Source: a virus (Duplodnaviria > Caudoviricetes). From it: a DNA stretch of 43,564 bases. Below the pieces are notes generated by a model, which was not told the DNA's origin, searched no databases, and worked only from the letters and a program-made list of their open reading frames with translations. Location of the stretch: positions 1 to 43,564 of the IMG/VR virus record IMGVR_UViG_3300043574_000003; one strand, 5' to 3'. Below are positions 24,535 to 33,889 of this stretch, piece by piece. The position numbers were made by a program, and so were the translations under genes. Positions within the stretch are counted from its first letter, which is position 1. Each line of letters opens with the position of its first letter.

Positions 24535-26249
24535 GGGAGTCCGTAGGCTGCTTTGAGGGTGGTGTTGATCTGGTCGTTGGTCGGGTTCTTTACGCCTTTG
24601 CGTTGCAGTGCCGCCTTCGCTTTTTCGCGATCAGCGTCAGGGAAGTCCGCGACGAACTTGTCCGTCTGCCCCTTGGCGCGCGCCTCGTAGTACCGCATGT
24701 TTGGATCGTTCATGTACCAGTGGCCCCTGACGACTTCGCCTTTCAGCACCAGCTTGTCGAGCACCTTCTGGCGCTCGGTCTCGTCCAGGTTCCTGCCCTT
24801 TTCGACCTGTGCCGCGCGCAGCGACTCATCGGCCTGGCGAACGAAGTTGCCGGCGTCCTCGCCCTTCAGGCCCAACTGCTTGACCATGTTGTTGCGCTGC
24901 TCGCTGACCGTGGAGATGACGGCCGCCTTCTCGGGCTTGCCCATGTCGGTCTGCGAATCGATGAAGCGCTTACGGTCGCCTGGCGACAGGCGGTCGAAGA
25001 ACGGCCGCAAGTCGGTGCTCTTGAACGCGGTGGGGTTTTGCCCCTCCATCGCCGACAGCGCGTAGTAGATGTTGGGATCCGTCTTGACCTCGGTCTTGGC
25101 GGCCGCCGCGTCGGCGTCGGCGCGGGCCGTTGCGCGCAGCGCGTGCAGCGCCTTGCCGTCCATGGCCGCGATCGTCGACGGCGGGATGCGGCTGAGTCTT
25201 CCGGTCTGCGAATAGATTTGCCATGCGCTGTCGGCGGCCGTGGCCTGCGCGCGCTCGCGGAGCTGCACCTTCTCCTGGTCGAAGCCTTTCAGGCGCTGGA
25301 CAATGGCATCCTCTTCTTTGCCGCTGTACTGGCTGCGGGCGTCGGCCAGCGCGGCGCCGATGTCGCCCTTAGATGCTGCGTACAGCGTTTCGGCGGCCCC
25401 CTGTGTCTTGGCCTCGAACTGGCCGACCTCCAACACCTTGGTCATGTGCAGCCGCACATCCGACGTCAGCTCGGCGTTGTTTTGCTTCATGTACTCCTTG
25501 GCGTAATCCAGCTTGCCGGCGTCGATAGCGGCCGACAGCACCGACGCGTGGCCGACGCTCAACTGCTCGACCATGGCCGCCTCGACCTGCTGGCCCGACC
25601 AGCCTTTCAGCTTTCCGGTCTCATACACGGCCGCCTTGATGGCGCCCTTGGACTGCTCGATGGCGCCGACGTCGCCCCAGGCAAGGCCCATTTGCTGTTG
25701 CGCGGTCTTGACGGTGCCGTCCTGCACCGACAGCTCGTAGCTGCTGTACTCGCGCGCGGTGTGCTGCGCGACGCCGCCACGGAACTGTGTGAGCATCTGG
25801 TTGGCCGTCTCGGCGAACTGGCGGCGCTGCGCGTCGTTGCCTAGGCCAGCGGAGATGGAATCGAAATTCTCCTTGAGCTTGTCGCCGTACTCGACGTCCA
25901 GCGGCTTTCCGTCGGGCCGGTCGAGCGCCGCCTTGCCCTGCAGGTTGATGTAACCGGCGTCCTTGTCGTAGGTCAGCTTCAGCCGGGCCTCGACCGCCTG
26001 GTTGTTGGCGTCATTCACCCGCGTCTGGTTAACCTGGTTCTGCATGTCTATCTGGATGTTCGCCAGGTTCTGGCCCAGCGCCATGCCGTTTTGAGCCAGC
26101 TTCTGGCCCTGCTCAATGCCGAAGGTATCGATGACCTTGGCCGGGTTGTGCGTGCCGCCGGCGAAGTTGGCGCGCGCATTCGGCGCCGCCTGCTCACGGA
26201 TGTCGGCCAGCGGGGATGCACGTTCTTGGAGGGTGGGAACGGTTGGCAT
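24531..26249 (-). CDS. internal virion (ejection) protein
   Basis: 572-aa helical ORF starting MPTVP, in the gp15-equivalent position. Confidence 0.72.
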   Translation of the reverse strand: MPTVPTLQERASPLADIREQAAPNARANFAGGTHNPAKVIDTFGIEQGQKLAQNGMALGQNLANIQIDMQNQVNQTRVNDANNQAVEARLKLTYDKDAGYINLQGKAALDRPDGKPLDVEYGDKLKENFDSISAGLGNDAQRRQFAETANQMLTQFRGGVAQHTAREYSSYELSVQDGTVKTAQQQMGLAWGDVGAIEQSKGAIKAAVYETGKLKGWSGQQVEAAMVEQLSVGHASVLSAAIDAGKLDYAKEYMKQNNAELTSDVRLHMTKVLEVGQFEAKTQGAAETLYAASKGDIGAALADARSQYSGKEEDAIVQRLKGFDQEKVQLRERAQATAADSAWQIYSQTGRLSRIPPSTIAAMDGKALHALRATARADADAAAAKTEVKTDPNIYYALSAMEGQNPTAFKSTDLRPFFDRLSPGDRKRFIDSQTDMGKPEKAAVISTVSEQRNNMVKQLGLKGEDAGNFVRQADESLRAAQVEKGRNLDETERQKVLDKLVLKGEVVRGHWYMNDPNMRYYEARAKGQTDKFVADFPDADREKAKAALQRKGVKNPTNDQINTTLKAAYGLP

Positions 26250-26906
26250 TTATTTCCCCTTTCCCATGGAATACCAACTACTGGCCACCTGGCCGGCGCT
26301 GCCGATCAGCGACACGGCGGCGGCGCTGTTCGGACTGATCGCCTTGGACCCGGCGCGCTGCTGTCCAGCGTCGAAGCGGTAAAGCGCGGCGTCGGCGCGT
26401 GACGTAGCCGCCTGATCCTTGTAGCCGATGCCCTGCACCTGGTAACCCCATGCGTTCTTGATCGCGTTGTCGCGTACGGTCTGCACGTTGCGCGCGGCGG
26501 AGTCGTTGATGGCGTTGGCGTTCAGCTCGCCCACGTAGTCGGTGGAGGTCAGCACGTCGACCGCCGAGCCGCTGCCGACGTCGACGCCGTTTGCGGCCAT
26601 GCCGACCTTCTGCTTACTCTTGACGGTAGCGGCCTCGTTGCGCGCGGCGGCCAGTGCGGCGGAGCGGTCATCCTGGATGCTGGTGACGTCGTTCTCGCCC
26701 TGGCGCAGCGCCTCGCGCGATTGCCAGCCGGCCAGCTCGGCGTTGTTCTCGGCCACCAAGGCCGCGTTGTTCGCTGTGACGGCGTTGCGGTCGGATGCCG
26801 CCGCGTCATAGAGCATCGATGTTTGCTGCGCTTTGGCGTTCTGGCGGGCGCTTGATGCACCCACGATTGCCGATGCGCCCATAACTGCCAGTGCCGGATT
26901 GCACAT
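26250..26906 (-). CDS. internal virion protein, T7 gp14-like
   Basis: MCNP start, MAANGVDVGSGSAVDV motif, Ala/Gln-rich. Confidence 0.75.
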   Translation of the reverse strand: MCNPALAVMGASAIVGASSARQNAKAQQTSMLYDAAASDRNAVTANNAALVAENNAELAGWQSREALRQGENDVTSIQDDRSAALAAARNEAATVKSKQKVGMAANGVDVGSGSAVDVLTSTDYVGELNANAINDSAARNVQTVRDNAIKNAWGYQVQGIGYKDQAATSRADAALYRFDAGQQRAGSKAISPNSAAAVSLIGSAGQVASSWYSMGKGK

Positions 26907-26908
26907 TT

Positions 26909-27373
26909 TTATATCCTCATGTCAAACCTGTAGAACGGTAGCTTTTTGGGGCCGTAAGGGATGGGTTCGGCCGCGATCTGGAATCCGAGCCGGCGCAACC
27001 AGCGGATGCTTTTGACGTTGCGCGCGTCGACATAGTTGACCAGTTCGGGATAGAGACCCAGCACGATCCGAAGATACACGACGCCGATTCGGGTAAGCGC
27101 ACCCGGAGACCGATCCAGCAGGGTGGTGCCAAGCATCCATGGCGAACCCACCCCACCGACCAGCGACAGCGGCGCCACGCCGCCGAGCATGGCCAGCTCG
27201 CCGTCGACCAGCATCGCCCAGCAGGCGGTGGAGACGTCGACGGCGTGCTGGACGGCCACCACCAGGTCTCCGCCGTGGCTGGCCTCCAGCTCCTGCCGGT
27301 CGAGGAATCGCATGTCCGCCGCCAGCGCCTCGACGTCGGCGCGCGTGACGGCGCGCATGCTGGCCTTAGCCAC
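26909..27373 (-). CDS. GNAT-fold virion assembly protein, T7 gp13-like
   Basis: MR..DRQEL, PWMLGT, LVNYVDARNVKSIRWLRRLGF; start GTG 27373 or ATG 27358. Confidence 0.82.
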   Translation of the reverse strand: MAKASMRAVTRADVEALAADMRFLDRQELEASHGGDLVVAVQHAVDVSTACWAMLVDGELAMLGGVAPLSLVGGVGSPWMLGTTLLDRSPGALTRIGVVYLRIVLGLYPELVNYVDARNVKSIRWLRRLGFQIAAEPIPYGPKKLPFYRFDMRI

Positions 27374-29756
27374 CGACTGCCGTGTCGAGCGCCATCGACA
27401 CCACCGTGAGCGGCAGTGGGCCGGATTGCCGTATCTGCACTTGGCCGTTGGTTTGCCACTTCGGTTCAAGCGGTATCTTTATTTCTTCAGACCCGATGAT
27501 CCTTGGCGGTGAGCCGTATGGTTCCGTCGTGCGCTGCTTGTACTCGACGAGCTTCCCGCCCCATGGGCCGGCCGTGATGCCCGACGATTCCGACACGCGC
27601 AGATAGACGTTGTTGACGTTCTTGGGTCGACCCTGGCCGGCCGCCGTGATCTGCTCTGTGGACATGGGCAACGTCACAAGGTCGGCGGTGATCGGAAGGC
27701 CGACGTGTGCGAGCGATACTGCCTGCTCCAACGTGATCGATCCGCCGACTACCGTTCTCGGCGCGAACACGGCGCCGTCGCCGAGCACAACCACCTTCTT
27801 TCCCTCCAGGTGGCCCAAGCCAGATATGACGGTGGCCGGCGCGCCGCTGTAGGTGTCGCCGCAGTCGACGAAGAATGCATCCTGTAGCTGCTGGAACTGG
27901 CGCGTATGCAGTCGCTCGACATAGCGTTTGTAGGTGCCGTTGATCAGGCGGCGCACGATGACATACAGCATGTCCTCTTCGCCCTCGGTGACCACCGTGC
28001 ACGACTCGAAGAACCCGTCGGTGTCATGGCGGTGCCAGCCGGCCACCTTCTGTTCGGGGACGTAGGTCATGCCCAGCAGGCGTCCATCCGAAGAGACCGC
28101 CCACAGGATGGGATACGGCGCCTTGGCGAATGCCAGGTCGACGATTGTTTTGAAGTTGAACAGATGCGGCGCCAGCAGTGACATGTCGGTGTTGCCGTAG
28201 CCAACGGCGCCATTGTCGGCCCGCGTGTAGACGATCTCCCTGATGTGACCGCCGCGTGCCTGCGCGTACAGGATCGAGCTGTCGGTAACGACCGGCTGCA
28301 CGCCGTTGGCGCCGGTGTACGACTGCACGCGCACGCTCAGCGTGGAAGGCGTAAGCGCGCCGCCATCGGACGAGGTGACGCGCCACACAGCCGACGACGT
28401 CAACAGGATGGCCTCGCCGAGCGGCACGATATGGCGGATGGTGTTGGCCTCGCGCGCGGCGATACGGAACGAAATGGCATCGTCGTCCCGTACCACGATA
28501 TTCGTGTTGAAGTTGCTTTCGGTGCCGGTGCGGGATCCCCAAAGGGTCTGAGGAAAGTTGATGGTGCCGGCGAACAGGCGGCGCTGCTCGAAGTAGCTGA
28601 CCGCCTGCGGCCAGTTGCCGCCGGACGGGAACGGATTCTGGTTCAGCGGTGGTTGCCGCGTCATGTCGGGATCGATGTTGTTGTCCGAGAACGGGATGCC
28701 CTTCAGTGCGCTGCCGATGTAGCCGTACGACCCGTTGCTTTCCTTGTACACGTTATAGTGGTCATAGGGAATGCCAGCGGCCGCGAGGGTTGGCGCGACA
28801 ACGATCATTGAGCCGGGATAGGTCAAATCGCTGAATGCGGTTGCCACCGATGACGCCACTGATTCCTGCCCCTCGGCGCTGACGGCGGTGAGCACGTACT
28901 TGTATTCCAGATAGTTGGGTGTCGGCGGGAATCCCTGCAGCGGCATGTCCAGGTTGGGTTCGGTCTGGTTGTCGTCGAACGCCAATAGCGTAGTTTCGGC
29001 AATGCGGTAATACTGGCCCGAGACCTCCCTGTAGACGCGGTATCCGATCGCGCCGCCGACCGCACCCCAAGTTATGTTGAGCGGCTGAGTACCTTGGATA
29101 TTGACGATTGAGCCGAATTCGCCGACACCTTCCACCCGAGCGTCATCGATCAGCGCCGTGACGATGTAGTTTCTAGAATCAGGTCCCGCGCCAGCACTGG
29201 AGGAGACGTGGACAAAAGCCGGCGCCGGCGGCCGCGCAGGCAGCGTAGCAACTGCCGTCGCTATCACCAGGCCGCCAAAGTAGGTTTGGTTGGTGCCAAA
29301 TGAGATCGGCTGCAGTGTCCAGTTGGTCGCGCCATTGCGCCGCAGCTCGTACGGCGGATACAGCGGATGGACCAACGTCATTACGTCGGCCGACTGAACG
29401 TAGTGGATATCGAACAAATTGGCCTCCGCGTACGGCGAGCCGATCTCATACGGCACGCCCGACAGCAGCAACGTGCCGCCGTTGGTGTGGAACCGCAGAT
29501 AGCCGTCGCCGAATTCCAACACCATGGTCTGCGTCGTCGAGTAGGAGAACGGGATCAGGCGCGTGCGCTTGGAGCTGGTCTTGACCTCGTTGACGTACTC
29601 TGTTCCCGGACGGTTTGCCGCCGGCCCGTGCGGCAGCGTGATGAAGTTGCGGCACATGGCCACGCCGGTCTGGTAGCTGTTCAGGTCGATGCGACCGTAC
29701 AACTCCGGGGTGATTTCACCGGCCGCAAAGGACCGGTCGAGCGAGCGGATACCCAT
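27366..29756 (-). CDS. tail tubular protein B / nozzle
   Basis: SFAAGEITPELYGR.D, NF...PHGP..NRPGT, VQSADV, YFEQRRLF, AGWHRH motifs; 796 aa. Confidence 0.88.
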   Translation of the reverse strand: MGIRSLDRSFAAGEITPELYGRIDLNSYQTGVAMCRNFITLPHGPAANRPGTEYVNEVKTSSKRTRLIPFSYSTTQTMVLEFGDGYLRFHTNGGTLLLSGVPYEIGSPYAEANLFDIHYVQSADVMTLVHPLYPPYELRRNGATNWTLQPISFGTNQTYFGGLVIATAVATLPARPPAPAFVHVSSSAGAGPDSRNYIVTALIDDARVEGVGEFGSIVNIQGTQPLNITWGAVGGAIGYRVYREVSGQYYRIAETTLLAFDDNQTEPNLDMPLQGFPPTPNYLEYKYVLTAVSAEGQESVASSVATAFSDLTYPGSMIVVAPTLAAAGIPYDHYNVYKESNGSYGYIGSALKGIPFSDNNIDPDMTRQPPLNQNPFPSGGNWPQAVSYFEQRRLFAGTINFPQTLWGSRTGTESNFNTNIVVRDDDAISFRIAAREANTIRHIVPLGEAILLTSSAVWRVTSSDGGALTPSTLSVRVQSYTGANGVQPVVTDSSILYAQARGGHIREIVYTRADNGAVGYGNTDMSLLAPHLFNFKTIVDLAFAKAPYPILWAVSSDGRLLGMTYVPEQKVAGWHRHDTDGFFESCTVVTEGEEDMLYVIVRRLINGTYKRYVERLHTRQFQQLQDAFFVDCGDTYSGAPATVISGLGHLEGKKVVVLGDGAVFAPRTVVGGSITLEQAVSLAHVGLPITADLVTLPMSTEQITAAGQGRPKNVNNVYLRVSESSGITAGPWGGKLVEYKQRTTEPYGSPPRIIGSEEIKIPLEPKWQTNGQVQIRQSGPLPLTVVSMALDTAVGG

Positions 29757-29758
29757 GA

Positions 29759-30406
29759 TTAATAGCTCCTGTATGGGGTGTTGTTTTGCATGCCCTGGAT
29801 GTCGCCATAGCGGGCGGTGATCGTCGACGATATGACGGGCTGTGTTTCATACGATTGCTTGGCGTCGGTGGCCTTGGCGTTGGCAAGCTGGCCGATGAAC
29901 GTCTGGTAGGCGTCTCGCCCGGCCTTGACGCCTTCCTGCCCTTTGAGCAGCGGGCCGGCCACGTATGACGCCAGCAGCCAGGTTAGCGTGTCCACGAACA
30001 GCGCGGAGAACTTGGAAGTATCGATGATCTTGGCCGTGTAGCGCAGGACGGCATCCTGTTGGTTGGTCAATAGCACGCGGGTGCCGTCGGCCTGCGTCTC
30101 CAGGATGAAATTCTGTTCGTACTCGTCGCCGGCGCTGGGCGGCAGCACCGCGATGGCGCGCGACACGTCCGCCGGCAGCGCATAGGCGTAGGCCCACGTC
30201 GATGGCGGTACAGCCTCCAGTGCGGCCGGCGCCACGCGGCGCAACGTGAACGTCCACGGATGCATTTCCAGCAGCGTGTCGCGCGCCATGGGATAGAACA
30301 TGCGGCAGTGGTCCGCATTCGCGCTGCCCTCCTGGAAGTCGGAGATGTTGGCCTCGTCGCCCAGGTGCGACAGCGCCAGGTTGCTGATGTCGATTTCGCT
30401 CGCCAT
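29759..30406 (-). CDS. tail tubular protein A / head-tail adaptor
   Basis: MASEIDISNLALSHLG, ARDTLLEMHPWTF, WAYAYALPAD motifs. Confidence 0.85.
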   Translation of the reverse strand: MASEIDISNLALSHLGDEANISDFQEGSANADHCRMFYPMARDTLLEMHPWTFTLRRVAPAALEAVPPSTWAYAYALPADVSRAIAVLPPSAGDEYEQNFILETQADGTRVLLTNQQDAVLRYTAKIIDTSKFSALFVDTLTWLLASYVAGPLLKGQEGVKAGRDAYQTFIGQLANAKATDAKQSYETQPVISSTITARYGDIQGMQNNTPYRSY

Positions 30407-30422
30407 GATGTGCTCCAGAATG

Positions 30423-30449
30423 AAAAACAGGGCCGACGTGGCCCTGTTT
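30423..30449 (-). terminator. intrinsic terminator after the capsid gene cluster
   Basis: aaacagggcc-gacgt-ggccctgttt perfect stem, T-run on the minus strand. Confidence 0.75.
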
Positions 30450-30473
30450 GTGGTTATGTTTCCTTGGCCCCGA

Positions 30474-30983
30474 TTAGTGCTTCGACGTCGGCTTACGACT
30501 GACCGCGCCGCCGGCGGTCTTGCCTTCGTCCTTCACTTCCGGCTTCACCGTTTCCTGGGCGATGGCGTGCGCGTCGGTACCGTCGTCCTTCTGCTGGCCT
30601 TGCTTTTGCTCTTCGGTCTGGAAGACCGGTTGCAGCTTCGGCTGGTCGTCGTTGTGCAGCCCAGGCGACGGGCCGTCGATGATGGCCGGCGAGTTCGGGT
30701 CGTTGTGCTCGGCGGTGGCGCGCTGGTTCAACTCGTTCAGCGCGGCCGCCTCGTTCTCGGCCTTCAGGCGGTCGGCTTCACGTTGCTGCTCGACGAGGCG
30801 CACCTTGTAGATGTGCTCATCGGCATCGCGGCGTTGCTGTGCGCCCGAATGGTCTTCCAGCTCGGTCAGGTTGTCACCGATCCGCATCCCGTGCGGAAAT
30901 GTGGTGGTGAACTCCTCGCCGGCTTTGACGACCCGGCTTTCGTGCGACAGCAGCGTGTCGCTGTTTGCGCGGTAGCGTGGCAT
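30474..30983 (-). CDS. hypothetical head-module protein
   Basis: GGAGG RBS; MPRYRA...VVKAGEEF N-domain with a low-complexity tail. Confidence 0.7.
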   Translation of the reverse strand: MPRYRANSDTLLSHESRVVKAGEEFTTTFPHGMRIGDNLTELEDHSGAQQRRDADEHIYKVRLVEQQREADRLKAENEAAALNELNQRATAEHNDPNSPAIIDGPSPGLHNDDQPKLQPVFQTEEQKQGQQKDDGTDAHAIAQETVKPEVKDEGKTAGGAVSRKPTSKH

Positions 30984-30995
30984 GGTCAGCCCTCC

Positions 30996-31448
30996 TTAGA
31001 AGACGGTGTAGCCGCTGGCGTAGGTCTGGTTGCCAGGTGCGGTATGGTTGGTCAGGTACGCCGAGAACGAGCCGGCCGTCAGCGGGCCGGTGCCGACGGT
31101 GTAGCGCACGCCCAGGTAGCGGCGACCGATGGGGGTCGCCAGCAGCGCGGCCGGATTCAGGGCCACGCCGATCGGGCGGCGACCGGCGGTCAGGTCGGCT
31201 TTCGGGATCGGACCCGACGAGGCCAGCACGTCGGGGCTGCTCAGGTCGGCGGCGGCCGAGCTGATGATTTCGAACGTGACCGTTGCGGCGCCGGCGGCGG
31301 TCGCTGCCACATCGACGGCAAACACGGCGTGCAGAGCCGTGCCGGGCGCCATGTCGCGGGCCACCGACAGGTCAATCGTGTTGGTCGATACCGCCGTGGC
31401 CGTGACGGCCTGGGCGGCGGAGAACTGCAGAAGTGCGTCGAGCATCAT
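30996..31448 (-). CDS. capsid cement/decoration protein (Bbp16-like)
   Basis: DALLQFSAAQAVTATAVSTNTIDL, RYLGVRYTVGTGPLTAG; directly after the major capsid gene. Confidence 0.85.
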   Translation of the reverse strand: MMLDALLQFSAAQAVTATAVSTNTIDLSVARDMAPGTALHAVFAVDVAATAAGAATVTFEIISSAAADLSSPDVLASSGPIPKADLTAGRRPIGVALNPAALLATPIGRRYLGVRYTVGTGPLTAGSFSAYLTNHTAPGNQTYASGYTVF

Positions 31449-31505
31449 GATGAATAACTCCTTGAAGGGTTGCCGGGGAACCTGTTGATTCCCCAGCGTA
31501 TTGGT

Positions 31506-32525
31506 TTAGACAACCAGCGTCTCGGCGAGGCCCAGGCCGTCGACGGTTCGCACCGGGATGCCCATAAACGTCAGGTTCTGGATGGCGGTACCGAACTGCG
31601 TTGCCGACTCCTTGATGCCCAGCGCGTTCTGCGACTTGTCCAGCGCTTGGATCATCAGGCCTTCCTTGATCGAACGGTTGGTGTAGAACGCCGCGCGGCC
31701 CATGCTGAAGTTGGGGATACGGGCAATTGCGCGCATCATCAGCTTGATCAGGTTGGTGCTAGCCGTCGTCGCCTGCGTGCCGGTGACGCCCACCCAGTCC
31801 GAGACGTCGACGTTGGCGATGCGCACCACATAGCGCCAGTCCTTCACGACCAGGCCGGCATCCCACTGAAACAGCGAGCGCGCCGCTTGGAACCAGTTGC
31901 CGTTCGCATCCTGCACCGATTCCTCTCCCAGGTCACGATTTGCCAGGCCTGCGCGGGAACCCTTCGGCACAGGGCTGAACACGGTTTGTTCACCCCATAC
32001 CACCAGGTAGACAGACGCGTTGTCCGAACCACTGCCGCCGGCCAGGATGACGTTGCTTCCGTTGCCGGCGGTGGTCGAGCTATAGCGCGTCGCCAGGCCG
32101 CTGAAGGTCTTCATGTCGGAGCCGACGTTGCCGTTGAAAATCTTGCCGACCATCTCCTGGCCCATGGCCTCGATGAAGGCCGATTCCTCGGACAGGCGGA
32201 AGGCGGCGCTGTTGCCGTTCAGGTTCAACAACTTGGCGTCGATGTGGCTGCGCGCTTCCAGCATCGCGCACGGCTCGGTGATTTGAGCGGTGGTCGATTT
32301 GCTCGACGGGATGCCCTGGTTGTATGCGCGCCAGTAGACGGCAGGCAGACCGGTGCGGACCGCGACGACGTGGCTGGTTGGCTGGTTGGCCTCCACGTAG
32401 ACGATGTCTTCCAGGATTTCATTCGTTTGGGACAGCAGTTCAGCGATGGGATCGACTTTGCCGTCTGGTCCCATGCGTTTGGACATATCGGCCAGGGTGA
32501 GCTGACCATTTGCGAGAGTTGCCAT
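31506..32525 (-). CDS. major capsid protein (BPP-1 Bbp17 / epsilon15 gp7 type)
   Basis: IAELLSQTNEILED, RTGLP..WR.YNQG, FRLSE..AFIEAM.Q, DWRYVVRIAN, F.GIPVR..D; 339 aa. Confidence 0.92.
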   Translation of the reverse strand: MATLANGQLTLADMSKRMGPDGKVDPIAELLSQTNEILEDIVYVEANQPTSHVVAVRTGLPAVYWRAYNQGIPSSKSTTAQITEPCAMLEARSHIDAKLLNLNGNSAAFRLSEESAFIEAMGQEMVGKIFNGNVGSDMKTFSGLATRYSSTTAGNGSNVILAGGSGSDNASVYLVVWGEQTVFSPVPKGSRAGLANRDLGEESVQDANGNWFQAARSLFQWDAGLVVKDWRYVVRIANVDVSDWVGVTGTQATTASTNLIKLMMRAIARIPNFSMGRAAFYTNRSIKEGLMIQALDKSQNALGIKESATQFGTAIQNLTFMGIPVRTVDGLGLAETLVV

Positions 32526-32538
32526 TTTGTGTAGCTCC

Positions 32539-33264
32539 TTATGGGTTCATATTCGGATACATGCGTTGCGCGGTGGTTTGCTCGGACGTGCTGCCGGGCT
32601 TGCCACCGACAAGGCGGTCTTCACTGATTGCATTGCCAACTCGGTACAGCAGTCGTGCGACCTCCGGGTGGTTGCCGATCGGCCCGTTGAGGAATTCCTT
32701 CAGCTCGGGCGTGCCAAAGGCCTCCACAGCCTTGCGGCTGACGGCAAGGTTTTCCTGCAGCTTGTCGCCGCCGATTTCCTTGTCGCTGATCGTCGCTTGC
32801 ACCCAGCTCTGCACCAGCGCGGTTTCTGCCTCGGCGAGCTGCGCGTTGACCCGCTGCTGATGTTTAGCTGCCAGGTCCATGACCTGCTGCGCCTTTTCCT
32901 GCGGCAGGTTGAGCGACTTGGCCAAGTCCTTGAATTCCGTGGTCACCTCGGCGTCGAACTTGATGCCGTCGGGGGCCTTGAAATCCTCGTACTGGTCCGG
33001 TGCGCTATTGGCCTTGGCGTCGGCTTCAGCCTTGGCCAGCGCGTCGGCGGCGGCTTGCGCTTCCTCGGCGGTAGGCGCTGGCTTCTCGCCGGCTGGCGGG
33101 TCTGCTGGTGCTGCTGCACCTTGATCCGCATCGGCGGCCGGCGCGTTCGCCAACAGGCTTGCGTCTGCCGGTGCTGGAGCGGGGGCTGGTGCCGGGGCGG
33201 CTGCTGCTGGCGCGGTATCAGTGGGAGTTTGACCGCTTGCAGTATCTGCTACATCACTCATCAT
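32539..33264 (-). CDS. capsid scaffolding protein
   Basis: Pro/Ala-rich N-terminus, DKEIGG, GNHPEV.R...VGNAISED; immediately upstream of the capsid gene. Confidence 0.78.
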   Translation of the reverse strand: MMSDVADTASGQTPTDTAPAAAAPAPAPAPAPADASLLANAPAADADQGAAAPADPPAGEKPAPTAEEAQAAADALAKAEADAKANSAPDQYEDFKAPDGIKFDAEVTTEFKDLAKSLNLPQEKAQQVMDLAAKHQQRVNAQLAEAETALVQSWVQATISDKEIGGDKLQENLAVSRKAVEAFGTPELKEFLNGPIGNHPEVARLLYRVGNAISEDRLVGGKPGSTSEQTTAQRMYPNMNP

Positions 33265-33583
33265 CTACCTCTTGGGCGTGGTTGTTGGCCTCGGTGACCA
33301 TCACGTGGTACAGCTCGGGGCATGCTTCGTTAATCATGTGCATGTACTGAAGGCCGATTTCTCGTTTGCCTTCGTTGAAAAACGTGGTGCTGTTGCCGGT
33401 GAAGCACGACAGGAACACGCCGGCGCGGGCCAGGAGCGACCACATGAAGCGACGACCCATCGGCTTGGACATCAGCGTCTTGAGGTCGTCCAGGTCACGC
33501 TTGCGCCCGGCCGCCGCCGCGTGCTGCTGGGCGCTTTCGTGCTCCTGCACGGCGGTCAGGTCTGTCGGGTTTCGTTCTTTCAT
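33254..33583 (-). CDS. Bbp19-like head protein
   Basis: LMSKPMGRRFMW.LL..AGVF...F.....TFFNEG.R..G pattern. Confidence 0.78.
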   Translation of the reverse strand: MKERNPTDLTAVQEHESAQQHAAAAGRKRDLDDLKTLMSKPMGRRFMWSLLARAGVFLSCFTGNSTTFFNEGKREIGLQYMHMINEACPELYHVMVTEANNHAQEVDDE

Positions 33584-33589
33584 ACCGCC

Positions 33590-33622
33590 ACGATACGGCC
33601 TGTCGTGGCTGGTATGCGCACC
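33590..33622 (-). promoter_or_regulatory. putative late promoter GGTGCGCATAC-N16-TATCGT
   Basis: Second copy of the motif; the -10 lies 6 nt from the ATG at 33583, implying a leaderless mRNA. Confidence 0.65.
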
Positions 33623-33631
33623 CTGCTATTG

Positions 33632-33889
33632 CTATTTGGTCGCCACCGGCAACGCGATGCAATCGAACTTGATCCGCGTGTAGGTGTTGAGCTTCTTATC
33701 GGCCGCGTACCATTTCCGGTACTTGTCGGCGTTGGCGTCGCACTCGGCTTTCGTCGGCCCCTGCGGGCCGAGTGCGATCTCGTAGCGGCTCTCCAACCCC
33801 TTCAAGTTGGGGTTGGTGCTGCCGTAGCCGTAATACTGATCACCGTTGTACGAGAAGATCAGGATGAAGGCGAAGTAGAGGACGTCCAT
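33632..33889 (-). CDS. small hypothetical protein with hydrophobic N-terminus
   Basis: 85 aa, TAATG-coupled to the large hydrolase gene. Confidence 0.6.
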   Translation of the reverse strand: MDVLYFAFILIFSYNGDQYYGYGSTNPNLKGLESRYEIALGPQGPTKAECDANADKYRKWYAADKKLNTYTRIKFDCIALPVATK

